Shown: one piece after another, positions 24,240 to 37,530 of the stretch
Layout of the letters: each line of letters begins with the position of its first letter
Numbering within the stretch: the stretch's first letter is position 1
Assembly (NCBI RefSeq): GCF_000143415.4
Contig: NW_003314303.1
Coordinates: 1,394,676 to 1,458,675 of the forward strand
Direction of reading: 5' to 3'
Origin: Selaginella moellendorffii
Taxonomy: Eukaryota; Plantae; Lycopodiophyta
Length of the DNA stretch: 64,000 nucleotides
Translations under genes and position numbers: made by a program
The notes under the pieces: model-generated
What the model was told of the DNA's origin: nothing
Databases searched by the model: none
Seen by the model: only the letters and a program-made list of their open reading frames with translations

Positions 24240-24665
24240 CCTCCTTGTTCTCTATAGAAAACTTCCTCATCAAGCACGTCGCCCTATGGTGAGTAATCTC
24301 TTCTGCATATCCTGGAAACTGGCCACGAGTTATGTCAAGGAGTCCCTTACGATGCTCTCTTCTTCTGCGACTCTGGAACCACTGCAGCTGTGGAAAAGCT
24401 CCACGAACTTTTGGGCTTGTCGGTGCCACCCCAAATGAGAGACTCATCCGTGGCAGCAATCGATGACAGGTGTTCATAACGAACATCATCTTCCCCGAGA
24501 CAAAGTCTTGCCGACAATCTGTCAACTGTTTAAACTACAGGCGCTGCACGCACGCCGTCCAAAGCTAACGGGGGACACCAGCCATCGCTCACCTTCTACA
24601 CAAACATGGAGCAGTATAGCATGCTTTGATTTGGAAAGCTGGTAGGACGAGATCAGAACGAAAAG
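24240..24665 (+). pseudogene. Heavily deleted 5' remnant of the class-V PLP gene
   Basis: Collinear patches matching the reverse complement of 16320-16985 (gaaaacttcctcatcaagcacgtc; tctggaaccactgcagctg; gcatgctttgattt). Confidence 0.8.
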
Positions 24666-25669
24666 TGATTGTTAGCATAACAAACAAAACATGAATTTTT
24701 GGGTTTAATGCTTTAGCAAACCTGCTGTTACAATGACCATCATAGAATATCTTTTGTCTTTAATATTTGATACATGCTCATGGAATTTTAGGAAAAAAAT
24801 GAATATGAATTGGAGCCCTAGGACAGGACAATATGAGGAGTTCATCAATTTGAGAGTTTCACTTGTCTTGCCTTATACTTTTTTTAGTCCGTAAGAGACA
24901 TTAGTAAACATGTGTATACACAAATTTAGTTTTTTGATAAATATGATTTCATTACCCTTAAATTCACTAAGTAACTTCTAATGGTAACAATATGTCCTAA
25001 AAACATTTGTCCTTTTACCCTTACCCTTCAAATTTACATCAGAGGATTGAAATCTTGCCAAAGAGCCCGGTCTGGAATGACATGGGTCCATTTAAATTTT
25101 GCAAGATGAGGGATTCAGCTGTCCCTTGGTTATTTTGTTGTGCATATTAGACAGTAAGGACCAGAACGTTGTTTTCAAATCTCCTCTCGCTCAAGAACTG
25201 TCTGGATCTCTGCCGGAAGGCCCACAGAGGCCCGTCGACCCATACTGCGGATCTCCCATGGTCCGCAGCGCCTATCTGAGGGAGCCAGCTAGCTCCAGCA
25301 AGCAACATACACCCTGGAATCCATTACGTGCTCGGATGGCTTGCCGTCGAAGGTAGCGGCTGTACACGATATTGGCTACGGAATTTTTGAGTCTATCAGA
25401 GAGCCTGGTTGTGGATGTGAGGACTGTCGGCTATTTGCAGGATGCAGAGATTTTGCAAAGCGTTTGGCAAAATTCTCTTCCTCGTACTTTTCAAGTGGTG
25501 CGTATTCTAAAAGAGCAAGGGCATGTGCCATTTGACAAAGGCTTACCCCGAGTAGTTGCTCTCTTGAAACTTTCAAGCTTTCCAAGTATTCTTCTTTTGC
25601 ATGACAGTAAATCCCCATTGTTAAATCTGGCCCAACTGGTAGCACTTCATTGACTGATTCGGTTGCGGT

Positions 25670-26665
25670 GTGGACATGCAGCGTTCATGTACATGTTGAG
25701 AGACGTCGATGATTTGAGCGTCTTCCAGCGCCTCTCCTCTGTCATCCAGCTGATCCATGAGCAATGAAAGAATGTTTGTTCCTTGCAGCGTCCCCGAAGC
25801 TCTTCGCTGGTTGATCATGTCCTGGATAAGCTTGATGAGCTTTCGCCACACCTGAGAATGGGAAAACATCACAAAGCTGTGTAGGACAACGCTTATGGGG
25901 GGAAGTTGATGGGGAGAACACTAATGCCTTGGTTGAGAATGTAGTACAAGGAGATAGTATCATCCACATCAGGGCTGGAGTCTTTCCCATATAAAATGTG
26001 GTTGATAGTTAGAAACGTGAACTGTCATATCAAAGAAAACGTGTCAACTAGGAAACAGGAGGAAGTAAACATCGTTTACCCTTCTCATCTTGGTAAGAAG
26101 AACGATCGTATCCTGAGCAGACCACCTCTCAAGGCACGCATTTATGTTGTTGACCATGAGGGGCATATACTGCTGGAGAGCTTTAGGACTGTTCATAGCG
26201 GACTCGGTAAGCTTCTGGAGCTTCAAGTATCCCGCAAAAGAATACCGTCCCATGACCCCAATAGTTCTCTCTGGCCATCCTGTCTCAAAACTGTCTTTGG
26301 AGAGCACGAATTTGCATGCCTCTGGTGTGGAAGCCAGGACGGTGGCCTGCCAGACAGAAATGCCTTGTAAAAACCCACTCGATTGTACCTGGAAACCGAG
26401 AACAAAGAAGCGACAATGAGCGATAGAAAAAACTACCAGATAACTCAACTTTGCAACGTAGTGAGCCATGAAAGAGTCCGGTCTTCCAGACTTGAAGGCT
26501 CTGAGAAAAGCAGCCATGTTGCCAAATACGGGAACCCGGTGGAAGAGGAGGCTGTCCCGGCTTGAGCACCAGCTCATATTACTATTTGTTGAAATAACTC
26601 GAGAATGTCAGCAGGGCAGTGACTGCCACCACCGCAACGCCAAGAATCACAGAAACGTCCATCGT
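25670..26665 (-). pseudogene. CYP88 (KAO-like, CYP85 clan) P450 5' fragment ending at the I-helix
   Basis: PPLPPG, GNMAAFLRAFKSGRPDSF, TPEACKFVL, GWP and LEDAQIID; introns retained; stops and frameshifts present; no heme domain. Confidence 0.75.
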
Positions 26666-26834
26666 TTTGGTGAGCGCTGGCAGCAAGTCTTAGTTCTTAG
26701 ATCTCCCTTCCTGCATAAAGCCATTAGTGTCAGTAAGGTAACAGGTATCAGAGTTAACTGCGCGAAAAGCTTGTCTTAACACGCATTCTAAAGAGCTGCC
26801 AAAAGCCAAGTATTACGTGTACAGACATACCCCC

Positions 26835-26990
26835 TTTCCAGATCATCCCGGTGGTGATCTTGTAAAACTCACCCAAGGATCTTTCAGGAGAGTGGGATTG
26901 AGAAGAGACGGAGGTCTGCATTGGGTGGAGTTCTCCAGTGCTTGATCATCTCCTCGTGGAGGCTGTCATCGCCATAGCACGAGACGAATC
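26835..26990 (-). pseudogene. UGT 5' remnant
   Basis: Reverse complement matches 22385-22690 (gacagcctccacgaggagatgatcaagcactggag; tcaatcccactctcctg) with deletions. Confidence 0.7.
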
Positions 26991-27073
26991 TTTAGAGAGT
27001 TTTAAGGGAATATACTGACGTTTGTTGTTTGAATTGATGCGAAACGAATAAACTAGTACGTAGCTCTAGAATC

Positions 27074-28010
27074 CTAAAATCGGAAGTTAACGAGCTCGGT
27101 ATCAATGCCGGCGGTGCTCGCCTTGGATTGTGTGCTAGCTGCTTTGGGATCGCCATGGCGGTGCCCAGGTATTCCTTGTGCTGATTTTGGCCCATTCCCG
27201 TGGTATTGATGTTGTTCTCCTCCTTGTATTTCCAGTTCCCACTGCCGGTCGAATTCATAGAGGGGGAGAAAGCGCTGGGCATAGTCCGCCACGAATTCTA
27301 CGGTGCACAGGAACTCTTCCTTGGGGAAGTATGCGAAGTTCAAGCGCGTCCGTCCAGGTTTGACACCGCTATATTCCTGTGAGACAAAGAAGTTCTTTCC
27401 TCTTTAGAAAAGCTCTAGAAAGCTTGTTTTAGTTCTCACCTCTTGGATCGCGGCTCGAAATTTCAGGGAGAGATCATCAGCGAGGGACCGGCACCTCCTC
27501 CCAAACAAATTGTTGAGGAGCTTTGCTACAAACCGGCCCTGCGGCACGGTTTGCTGGAGTTCGTCTTTGGAATCAGTGGTCCGGACGAGGAACGAGACGA
27601 CCGCTGTTCGTTTCACTTGGGTGCTCCGGACAATCAACGTGGTGGTGATTAAGCTTTGCTCTCTCGACTCGATGAGACGGTATCCCGAGACCATCCCGGT
27701 TTTATCCGCTGGAGTATGGAAGGTGTTCCAGCGTCTTCTCGGCTTTCGATGTCCTCCGAGTAGAGTGTGTTATGAGTTTGTTAGTGTTAATGGTTTTCTT
27801 GTTTCTTTCGGTGGAAAGGGAACTGACCTCTTTGTTGTAGTTGACGAAGTCTCCTGTTGTCGACGGTGCGTGATCCTTGGAGCTTGTTGAGCTTTTTGTT
27901 CATGCAAAGCAGGCCCGGCGTTTCTGGTCCTCCGACATACTTGTGTGGACTCAACATCACAGCGTCTTTGTGGGGTTGCATGTCGATCTTAACGTGCGGA
28001 TCCCTGTTGA
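27074..28010 (-). pseudogene. Class-V PLP gene 3' remnant (other half of 24240-24665, inverted)
   Basis: Contains SPHKYVGGP, QGRFVAKLLN and EFVADYAQRFLPLYEF with many short deletions. Confidence 0.85.
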
Positions 28011-28402
28011 AACTCCTAACTTTTAAAACAAAGGCTTGACCATCCCAGGAATTAAGAGTGCTTTATTGCTGACGTAGCAAATACTACAATAGCAAGCATG
28101 GTGGCTATTTCCTCCAAATCACAGGCCTTTGTAACTTCCAAGCAGAAAAATAGCCTGCCAAAGTCTAGATATGCAAAGTCACGAGATCATCAGCTTTCAT
28201 GCTTCTTGACGAGACCTTGTAAACAGTTGAATGAAGTTGTACCACTCTCAAAAGCCAAAGTCCTAGAGCTAGCACAATCTGCAATAGATGCCCATCGTGG
28301 AGAGGTGAAAACTTCTTTGCCTCTCACCTTCATTGCCAAACATATTAGGCAACCTTTCTTTTCAAACTAGCACAGGGGTTTAATTTTGAATTCAAACAAA
28401 AG

Positions 28403-29060
28403 TTTGAAGACCTCCTGGGGCATGGGATTGCCTGGAGAGGGACGAGCTTTGGCATGGCGAGCCCAAATTTCTCCCTCATGTCGATCTCTCCCACTTTCTC
28501 CCAATCGAATCCTTGCAGCAGCCTCACCAGCACGCACTGCACCATCCGGAGTCCTATCCCCATCCCTGATCCTCCACCCAGATCCAAACGGGATGAGCTC
28601 GAAATTCTGGCCCCTCACATCACGCCCTTCTTCACGCCCTCCTCGAATCACTCCGGCCGGAAATCCAGCGCCCTCTCCCACGAATTGGCATCCCTGGAGA
28701 TTGCGTAGACATTGACAAGCAGCCGAGAGCCCTGTGCGATCTGGTAACCGGCACTCTACACACAGGGCATGGTGGATTCATAGAGGATCACTGGCGATGG
28801 CGGATGCAATCGCAGCGACTCCTTGACGATGGCGTGCAGGAAATTCAGCCCCACAACCCTGTTGCGCCCCACCACGGCGTCAATCTTGTGCTGCACCTGG
28901 CACATTGCAGCAGGGTGCCGGAGGAGCTCCGCCATCACCCACTCACAGGTGACCCATGCGGTGTTGCTCCTGGCCCCAATCACATCCTGAGTGCCATGAA
29001 GGGAGCGAGGAAATCCCTGAGAATTAGGGTTCTTGAGAAATACCTGGATGACAGCTTTAA
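28403..29060 (-). pseudogene. CYP71-clan P450 3' remnant (paralogue of 43030-44621)
   Basis: Only exon 2, the intron and the end of exon 1 remain. The heme-Cys codons are deleted (FGSGWRI.. versus FGSGRRICPG), and the fragment ends at TE sequence at ~29060. Confidence 0.85.
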
Positions 29061-32000
29061 TGATAATGAATACACTTATGATTTACTATTGAATTTAAAA
29101 TTTAGTTTGTGATAAGAACATATCCTTTTTTGTTACATTATTTAACTTTTTGTAATTCATATAAACTTGTAATTTGGCATTTTTTCTTATGCACAATTAC
29201 AAGTGGTAAAAGCCATTGAGCATTTTGGATTGAATAGATGAATTCTTCCTAAAAAAGTTTATCAATTTCTTTCATGAATTTACTTTGGTAATTAAGATTC
29301 ATTTCTATAAAGCATCTGCCTTTTAGGCATATTTCCTGAGAGTATCTCAATATGGTGTATATAAAATTTTGGCATAATGTCTTTTAAAATATGTGTAAGA
29401 TTAAACAAAAATGTCCTTGTAATAGTTTAATAGAGTTATGGTTTGATTGCGAAATTCACTTTATAATCCTTGAGCAATTGTAATAGTATACAGATTATCC
29501 TCATTTGCTAAATTGATTTACTCAAATGATTGATCACAAAAAACATGCAAAATATAATTTCTCTATTGATTAATTTTATAAGCAAAATCCTCCTTTACAG
29601 AGAAATCTCTTATACATATATTAACCTATAGTTTAAGTGCCTAGATACTTCTTTGAGTATTAAATAAAGATTAACTTTTGAAATTAGCTAAATTTTAAGG
29701 AAAGCTTATAAAATTTGTTGTTTTTAGAAATCATCTAGGCCTTCCTCCCAATCATAAGATTGAGTTTTGAGGGGTTGACATTTCCTTTTCAACTATATAG
29801 TGGAAGTAATGGGCATAATATTTTTTTATTGCCCTACAAAAAACTGTTTTTCCGGTCTTGGTTTGTGCAAGTAATTTTTATCCAAGGTCTGCCTAGTAGG
29901 GTTTTATAGGTAGAATCTCGTTGTGTCATTTTAAGCACAACATAATTAAGTTTATACTTTATGTCAACCATATTGGTTAAAACATTTCTAATAATTCCAG
30001 TTGGCTTGACGCTTTAGTCATTTGCCATTCATATATTAATGGGGCTAGTTGAATTGGACCAAAACTTAATTCTTTTTAAATACTCTCTTTAGAATATTTA
30101 TACTTGAGCCACCATTGATGAGAGTTTCAGATAATAGATTTTTACCAATCTTCATATCAATTATAGAAATTTCACTATCACAATCCCTTGGCTCAATTAC
30201 AATAACCATAAATGGGACTAAAGTTTTTTCCCTTTTAAGCAAGAGCTTGCAAGCAACCAAAGAAAACAACTTGAAAGACGATTCATAGGGTTCAAATACA
30301 GAGGGAAAGGGCCTATGAATAAAAGTGCACCCCCTTTTCCAAATGGTTAAGGGTCTTGGGATATTTAGGGTTAAGCGTCTTTGGGTTTGAATAGTACTGG
30401 GCTGGGTGACCTCCCGGGAAGACCAAACTTAAGATCACACTATATGTTGATTGACATCTGGCTAGTTTAGTTTGCTCCCATTGTCGAAAGATGCTAGGGG
30501 AATCACACCATATGTTAATTGACATCTGGCTGGTCTAGTTTGCTCCCACTGGGCTCGACCCGAGGGGTAGGGTGTTGAAAGATCGGGGCTCTTGGGAGAG
30601 CTGCGGCTCTCAGCTTCCGTTCACAAGGGTGTGAACTTGCAAGGAAACGTGATGGATTGCAAGCAACCAAAGAGAACGACTTGAAAGACAGTCCATGGGG
30701 TTCAAATATAGAAGGAAAGGGCCTATGAATAAGAATGCATCTTTTTTTCTAAATGGTTAAGGGTCTTGGGATATTTGGGGTTAAGTGTCTTTGGGTTTGA
30801 ATAGTACTGGGTTGGGTGAGATTACAAAGCTTTCTAAGTAATGCAACTTTAACATAAGGTGTTATAATGAGAAGTTAGTCTAAAGTGAGTGTAATTTTGG
30901 CATTTAAAATGCCTTTTATTATCTTCTTCTCATCCTTGTCATTTAACTTTAGTATATGGTCTTTTTTTTTTGCACTAATGATAAAATCATATCAATTTGT
31001 AAAGGTGTGAGACTTTCTATGTTAGAATCACCATTGTTCAAATCGATGTGTGGTTGCAAGTCTTGGAGTTGTTGAGTGATTTTTGCATTGATCTTTTTCT
31101 TTTAGTGTCATTAAGAATTATGAATGATCTCTACTTTATTATCACTCTCTTCATCTTAACTTTCAGATTCAGCTCTTCTATATTAGGCTTTGATCATAAC
31201 ACAGTCACTAGGTAGCTCTTTTATATCTGACCATTCTACCTCAATGTGCCTAGCTACAGGTTGCGTATCCTTAGAAGGCTTATCATTCTTGTTTGATGAT
31301 TAAACTTGATTGTATGGCCTAGGATAGAGAGTAAGAGTTTTAGCTTGATCATACTCTTTTGGCCTTTCATATTCTTTAGGCCTATTGTAGCCTCTTAGCT
31401 GATCGTATTTTTTAGGCCAATTATAGTCTTTAGGCCTATTTTCCTCACAGTTAGACCTATAGGCAGATAATCCCAATAGTCATCTTGCCTTTCATTATAT
31501 GGGTATTCACGTTTAACATTTCGATTATTATTGTAATCGTTCTTCCTACAACAACTTTTATCGTCAAGTGGATAGCTTTGCCTATGTATTGTTTTATCAA
31601 CTCAAGCTAGTTGTTGGCTTCCTAGTTGTTTAAACAAGGTTCTACACTTTTTAGTTAAATGTCCCTTTTTTTTATAAAATTAGTATTTGATCAACTAAAG
31701 TTTGCATTCTTCCTTGTTATATTTTTCATTTTGCATTTGATACACCAAATCCTTTATTTGAGATTGGTTTGCAATTTCAAGCTTCTTAAACAACTAGTTT
31801 CCTTGTCTATAGAGGTTATCTTTTTATTTAACTTCACCATATTTACCATCTCATATTGTTTTGTGAAATTTTAGTAGGCAATAATAGTTTATTTTAAGTC
31901 ATCAAAATCTATATAAGCTCTTTTTATCATATATTTATGATAAATTTTCTTGAGGCCCTATATGTATAAGTGTAGGCACATTTTATCTGATACTAAGTCT

Positions 32001-35000
32001 TTATAATGTTTATAACACTTGTTGAATTGAGTTATATATTTCTCGATTGTTTTAGATTTTCCTTGATAAAGTTTTTGCAGTTCATAATAGTTTTCTCCTA
32101 GGTTTATTTCCATGGAAAAAGCTTTAAGGAAAAATTTTGTTTACTCATCAAATGTGCCAAACTTTTTAACATCATTGTTATAGTACCAATCTTTGGCTTT
32201 GGTTTTTAACATATAGGGGAAAAGATTCTTTTTGCCCATCTACTTGATTAAGCTTGATTGCTTTTATATATTTCTCATTATGCAATTTTGGCTCTTTTCC
32301 TTTAATCTAAAAAAAGGATGGATATGTGATGATGGTGTCTATTGTTATTCCTGCAATTGCCATCATGCTCATTGCAATTTGATAAGAAATGCTTTATTTT
32401 GCAACTAGTATAGACAAAATAGGTGTTTCGTAAAGGAATTTGAATCACCATTAAAGGGTAAGAGTTATAAATTTAGCTTTTCTACCTCTTGTGGGGTATC
32501 ACTCTATTGGCACCAACCAATGGAGCAACAATAAGCGAGGAGTGACCACTTTGGTTTTGCGAACAATCATCTTGCGAACACCCCTATCTCCTGTCGTGGC
32601 GATGGTACTTAGCTTGAACAAATTTTGGATTGCCTACCCTTCCAGCTTAGAGTCCAGCTGAAGCAATGGTTCCACTAAAGGATCCACCACGAAGTCCTCC
32701 ACGGCCCCCGGCTTGCGTTGAGCAATGGCACACACCATCGCAATAGACGTGTGACACATGTTGTTGACTGCTCGAATGGCCGACTCGCTAGCATCACTAG
32801 AACTCCTTATTGGCAGAGAGATGATCTCGAGAACTTGCAAGCAAATGCTACTGTAGTACTTGTCGGGATCGCCAACAAACTTTGGACACTTTGTGAGGTG
32901 AGTGGCTACTCTCTTCTAGAGGGAGACGTCATTATTTTGTGTTCCACTACTCTCAGTTGAATAGAGGCATTTTTTATGTGCTGATGTTGCCAAGGAGAGT
33001 AACATATGGATTCATATATTCTGGATGACCGTCAAAGTCATATTGGGATTTCTAATCTCTTCTTCATTGAGGTGCACTTAATATGCTTTTAGCTCACTCT
33101 CTTTCAAACTTTTCTTTAGTTTTGTTAAGCAATGATTTAATTTGTTATGAAGGGAGGTTAAGATTGCAAATATCACGTGCAAGTGCTCTATAATTTCGTT
33201 TTAGATCTTATGAATACTTCTTTTTAGACTGTCTTCTGCTCATCAGATTATGAGGGAAATATTGTATATTTATTACCTTGTTTAGTATAGACAATGATAA
33301 TTTTATGCATAAAAACTATTCCCTTTAAAACTTTATAGGTATGATCAATTGTTGGTCTATGCCTATATATTTCTAAATCTGTTGGCATTATTATTATGGC
33401 AAGCATAGTTATTATGCCTTGTTCGTGGAGTGAGTGGTACAAGGTTTGGGTATGCAATGATTCCCCTTGTAAATTGGCCTTTCAGTCACTCTTAGGAGTA
33501 AACACTTAGCTTCTCAATCAATTTTGAAATGGGGATAACTTTCCTTTAGAGACCAAATATCTATAACATTTCTTATATGAAAGTCCTAAGAATTTCTCAA
33601 GCAACAAACGTTATTTTTCACAGTATATCTGTTTTACTCAAGTATGGTCCACCTTAAAAGATTTTTACTCCACAAAATTTTGTTGCTTATCAATCTAAAT
33701 TCAGAATTGATCCAACATCTATTAACCCAATTATTAATAAATGTATTTCTACCTATAGGTATCCAAATTTTATTGTTGACCATTAAAGTTCCTATAATAG
33801 CGTCTTTGCATAAGATTACATAGAATTCTAGCAATTGTCTAGTATACAAATCATTTGCAAGTTATAATACTTAGGATTTACATCTAGCTCAGATAGACAG
33901 ATTATCTTTTTGTCTAGGAAGAATCTTGTACTATTTTCTTTTTGTATAGGTAACTCCATAGATATAAGTCTCGGTTACACTATATACCTATAAAGTAATC
34001 TAGGTGTATTATCACACTTTCTTTAACAATAGTAAAGGTACCAGGAGTTAGACTTTTGTACATCTTAAATAGAACACTGTCAAATATTTCACTCGGTAAT
34101 TCATCAAGCTATTTAAGTAATTTTGTTAAATCTCTCATTCATTGGCATAGTTAGGTATACAAGATAGTTTAGTTTTTGCTTTTTTATACTTTTGCATAGT
34201 CACACAAAGTGGGGATCAGTCAACTTTCATCTGGGTCTATAAGAAAAATGTATTTTTTGATAGGTGTGGTGAATCGTTAGTAAACATTTTTATTTTATCT
34301 ACTCTAATTCCCCCATTCAACTTCTATCAGGATAGTAAAGGGTTGTCAATCTTTAATCTCTCCACTTAGGTGTGTATGAGGTCCTCCTCTTTTTGCCCGT
34401 GCCTAGTATAGTTAAGATTAATTCAGTGCAAAGTCTCTAGCACGTGATACTTGATTCCAAAGTAACTTGTCTATTTCATAGTGGGTCTTACCCTCTAGCT
34501 TATAACCAATCTTGCCCTTATAACTATGGAATTAAAAAGAGTAGCATATTGTTCTTGACAAATCTTGGGCAAACCTCTTTTAAATGGTTTAACACTAAGG
34601 ACTAATTTGAATGGGGCATGGAGATCAATTTGTGAAATTGCATTATAGGATCAACACAAGAGTTCAATTATCTAGCGTATGATAGTTGTTTTAGATTAAT
34701 TTGCTTGTGGAATGATTTTAGATAGTTTTTCAAACATGTGATAGTTAATTTGTGGAAGACTTTGCTTTAGACGTAGACAAAAATTGCTTTTTAAGGTAAA
34801 TTTTTCTTTAGTCTATTCACCAACGGGCAATTATGGTCAATATAAATCTTTGTTCAAGCTTATATGCTAGATTTTGAGCTTTGCAATGTATTTCAAAAAA
34901 TTTGGATATTTCACTTTTTTTTTCTAATATCTCTAAGCTTATTTTAGCTCTTTAAAGATCAAAGTGACAATAGTAGTGTCTTCAAGATTGACACATACGC

Positions 35001-36955
35001 CTAACAACAAGCTCTATAACTCTCTATTCCGTGTTTATAGCATAAAGCCTCTCAAAAACTCAAAACTCAATTAGCACACGGGGTGATTTATGTGTTTCAA
35101 ATGTAGGCAAAAATTGAGCTATAACTCTTATTGCAGTAGTTGTATAATTTTGCCTATATACAAAATATTCACTATGTGGGAATTATCTCTTATAAAGAGG
35201 TATGTACGCCCATGGATTACATTTCACAAAGGGTGGTTCATGCCTTGCAAAAAGTGTTTCACACCTAAAGTGATGAGTATTTCTGTTAGTAATTTAATGT
35301 TGCTCAATTGGTCTGAAAAGTAAATTTTCACACCTATTCACTTGTATATTTGCTCTTTATCTATACCTCACTTCAAGGGATATGAGGCACATTTTACGTG
35401 ATTGCCCTTGATTCCTCCTTATGGGGCTAAATGTTATATGAGTGCTCTCAAAATCTATAGGAGAGTGATACCTTTCATATTAACTAGTGTTTGCAAGCTC
35501 TCTATATATAATAGATAAGCCTTGATTAATTCGTTTAGGTGTACTAGACATAAAGTGATTTGAACAGTTATAATGGTTCATGATAACTGTTTCTAAATTT
35601 TCAATTTGTGAGTCTTGTTTGAGTCTCATAAGCTTTTGCAATATGCATAGAAAACTTAAACTCAGGATAAGTCTACTCTCAAACCATGTCTAAGTAGTAG
35701 TTGACGTTAAAGGACCTTGGATCAAAGCCTTGAGATAGCACAATGTTCTAATTGTGATTTTACTTTATTAAAACTTTGTAAAATTTAGGTGAATAGTTCC
35801 CTAATTTAATCTTCACTAAGATTGGCTTTAACTCTTTTTAAGCTGGAGTCGAAAACAAAAGTTATAGGTGCCTAATTTTCCTACTTATGTATGCCTAAAA
35901 AAATTGTGACACACTACTGAAAAATGTGTCTTCTAAAAACCTAAGTAAAAATTTACTCAGAAGGAAAGAATTCTCGAGTAATTGATTATGTTTTCCATAT
36001 CAAACAAACTCCATTCCTTCTTCTTTTGGATTTTTCTCAAGAAGTTATTAGTAAAACAATTTAAACTTGAATTTCTTGGCAATATATGTTGTACTTCAAT
36101 TTCAAACTCGTCTCATACTTTATGACTTAAGTGATAGTTGAGAAACTATATTTTATATGTTGTCTAGGCACAAAGCCACTGCAATCACTAGAAGACATTT
36201 TTCATTTATTGTTGTTTATGTTTAAGGCCTCTAAAATCACTGAAGTGATCTACTTGTGAATCCTAATGCTTAACATGTTTGGAATTCACAAGCAATTTTC
36301 TCTCAGTTGCTTTTCAAGCTAAAAAGTGATGGCTAATCCCACCGTGGTCACCAAAAGTGAGTAAGGCTTTTTTTGCCTATACTCATATTCTCGCCCTTGC
36401 CTATAAAATAGTGACAAAAAAATAGAGATGAAAACGTAAGAAGAAAAGAAGATAAAAAATAATAGAACTCAACCTCAAACCCTAAAAACATGAGTAAGAA
36501 TAAGTATATGTTGCACAAATAATCATAAATGGGAGAAAATCAATACAAATGCATATAACAGTGAATAGGGGGTTGTTTTTCAACACATATAAGTGTTATT
36601 TATATACTATATGATTTTATAACCATTCTTAACTATTTCACATTTATGTGTAACAAGTATTGCTTAAGTTTCTTTCTTTTTTAGATGTTTAAACTTAAGC
36701 ATAATTCCATTTCATCTAAGCTTCCTTCTTCTACTCTACTTAGGAAGATATAAAAAATAAAACATTTACCTATTCATCAAACACTGTCAAAGTCCAAATT
36801 AATAATTCTAAGAAGAATACCATGCTATCTTCCATGGTATTTCCAAAATATACAAGTCACTTTGCATGAGAGATTAAGCAAAGATTATTAAACTGCTAAA
36901 ACACAGTCTGGTGAATTTGACATGATAAAAGTGCACCTAGATCTAATCACATATC
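29061..36955 (-). mobile_element. Degenerate Ty3/Gypsy-type retroelement block (AT-rich)
   Basis: On the minus strand: protease-like LINGGSSINIL (~30100), RT N-terminus-like WLLPLVIVHKKN...YKKLNNVTKKD (~29120-29220), a gag-like region at ~31900-32300 and a possible PBS tggtgcc at ~32510. The right half (32.5-36.9 kb) is unassigned. Confidence 0.6.
30248..30826 (+). mobile_element. Two-LTR Cassandra-like TRIM inserted in the Gypsy remnant
   Basis: LTRs at ~30248-30430 and ~30657-30826 contain gttaagcgtctttgggtttgaatagtactgggctgggtgacctcccgggaag (5S box A/IE/box C-like). Imperfect TSD gagct/aagct. Confidence 0.8.
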
Positions 36956-36959
36956 AAGC

Positions 36960-37400
36960 AGATGCTTTGCACAGAAAATCATCAAATAAATCAGACATAA
37001 TAATTACTTCTCTAAACCACTAAGAGATGACTGCGTTTGGGTGTTCAAAGCAATACTCACTCTTTGTTTCTTCCCTCCACTCAATCCATGCGAGAACCAC
37101 TATCTCCAAGCCCCATCTCACTCTCAACCATCTCCATCGTTTGGCTGTGTGGTAGGCTGCCTCAAATAAGCAGAGTAAGTGATTGTCTCCAGAACAGTGA
37201 GCTTCGTAGCAAAACATTATCTTGATTTACATAAGCATCTGATAGAAAGCTTGAGAATCACTGAATCAAATGTTTATACACACTGCAGTCCCATGCCTCA
37301 TGTTTGTCTGGAGATTCCCATTGGATCCTTCTCGCCTCACAATCTACCTGTGATGAACGACAATGCAAGAATCTTAGTCTCAAACACATGGTCAATCTTT
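36960..37400 (-). pseudogene. Inverted ABCG remnant upstream of UGT copy 2
   Basis: Paralogous to 21805-22235. Confidence 0.78.
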
Positions 37401-37530
37401 TCAACATGCGCGTCAAGCAAGGTTTGGCTTTCCCGATCCTGGACCCATGATCTCAAGATTTAAAAGTCGACAAAACTAGCAGGAGGCAATTTCTTTTCAA
37501 ACTTTCTATCCCATCCAGTCTTGCGTGGCT

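Noticed and set aside
30369-30425. 5S rRNA gene
   Set aside because: Only the internal-promoter half resembles 5S, and it lies inside LTRs with PBS and TSDs, so it is a Cassandra-like element.
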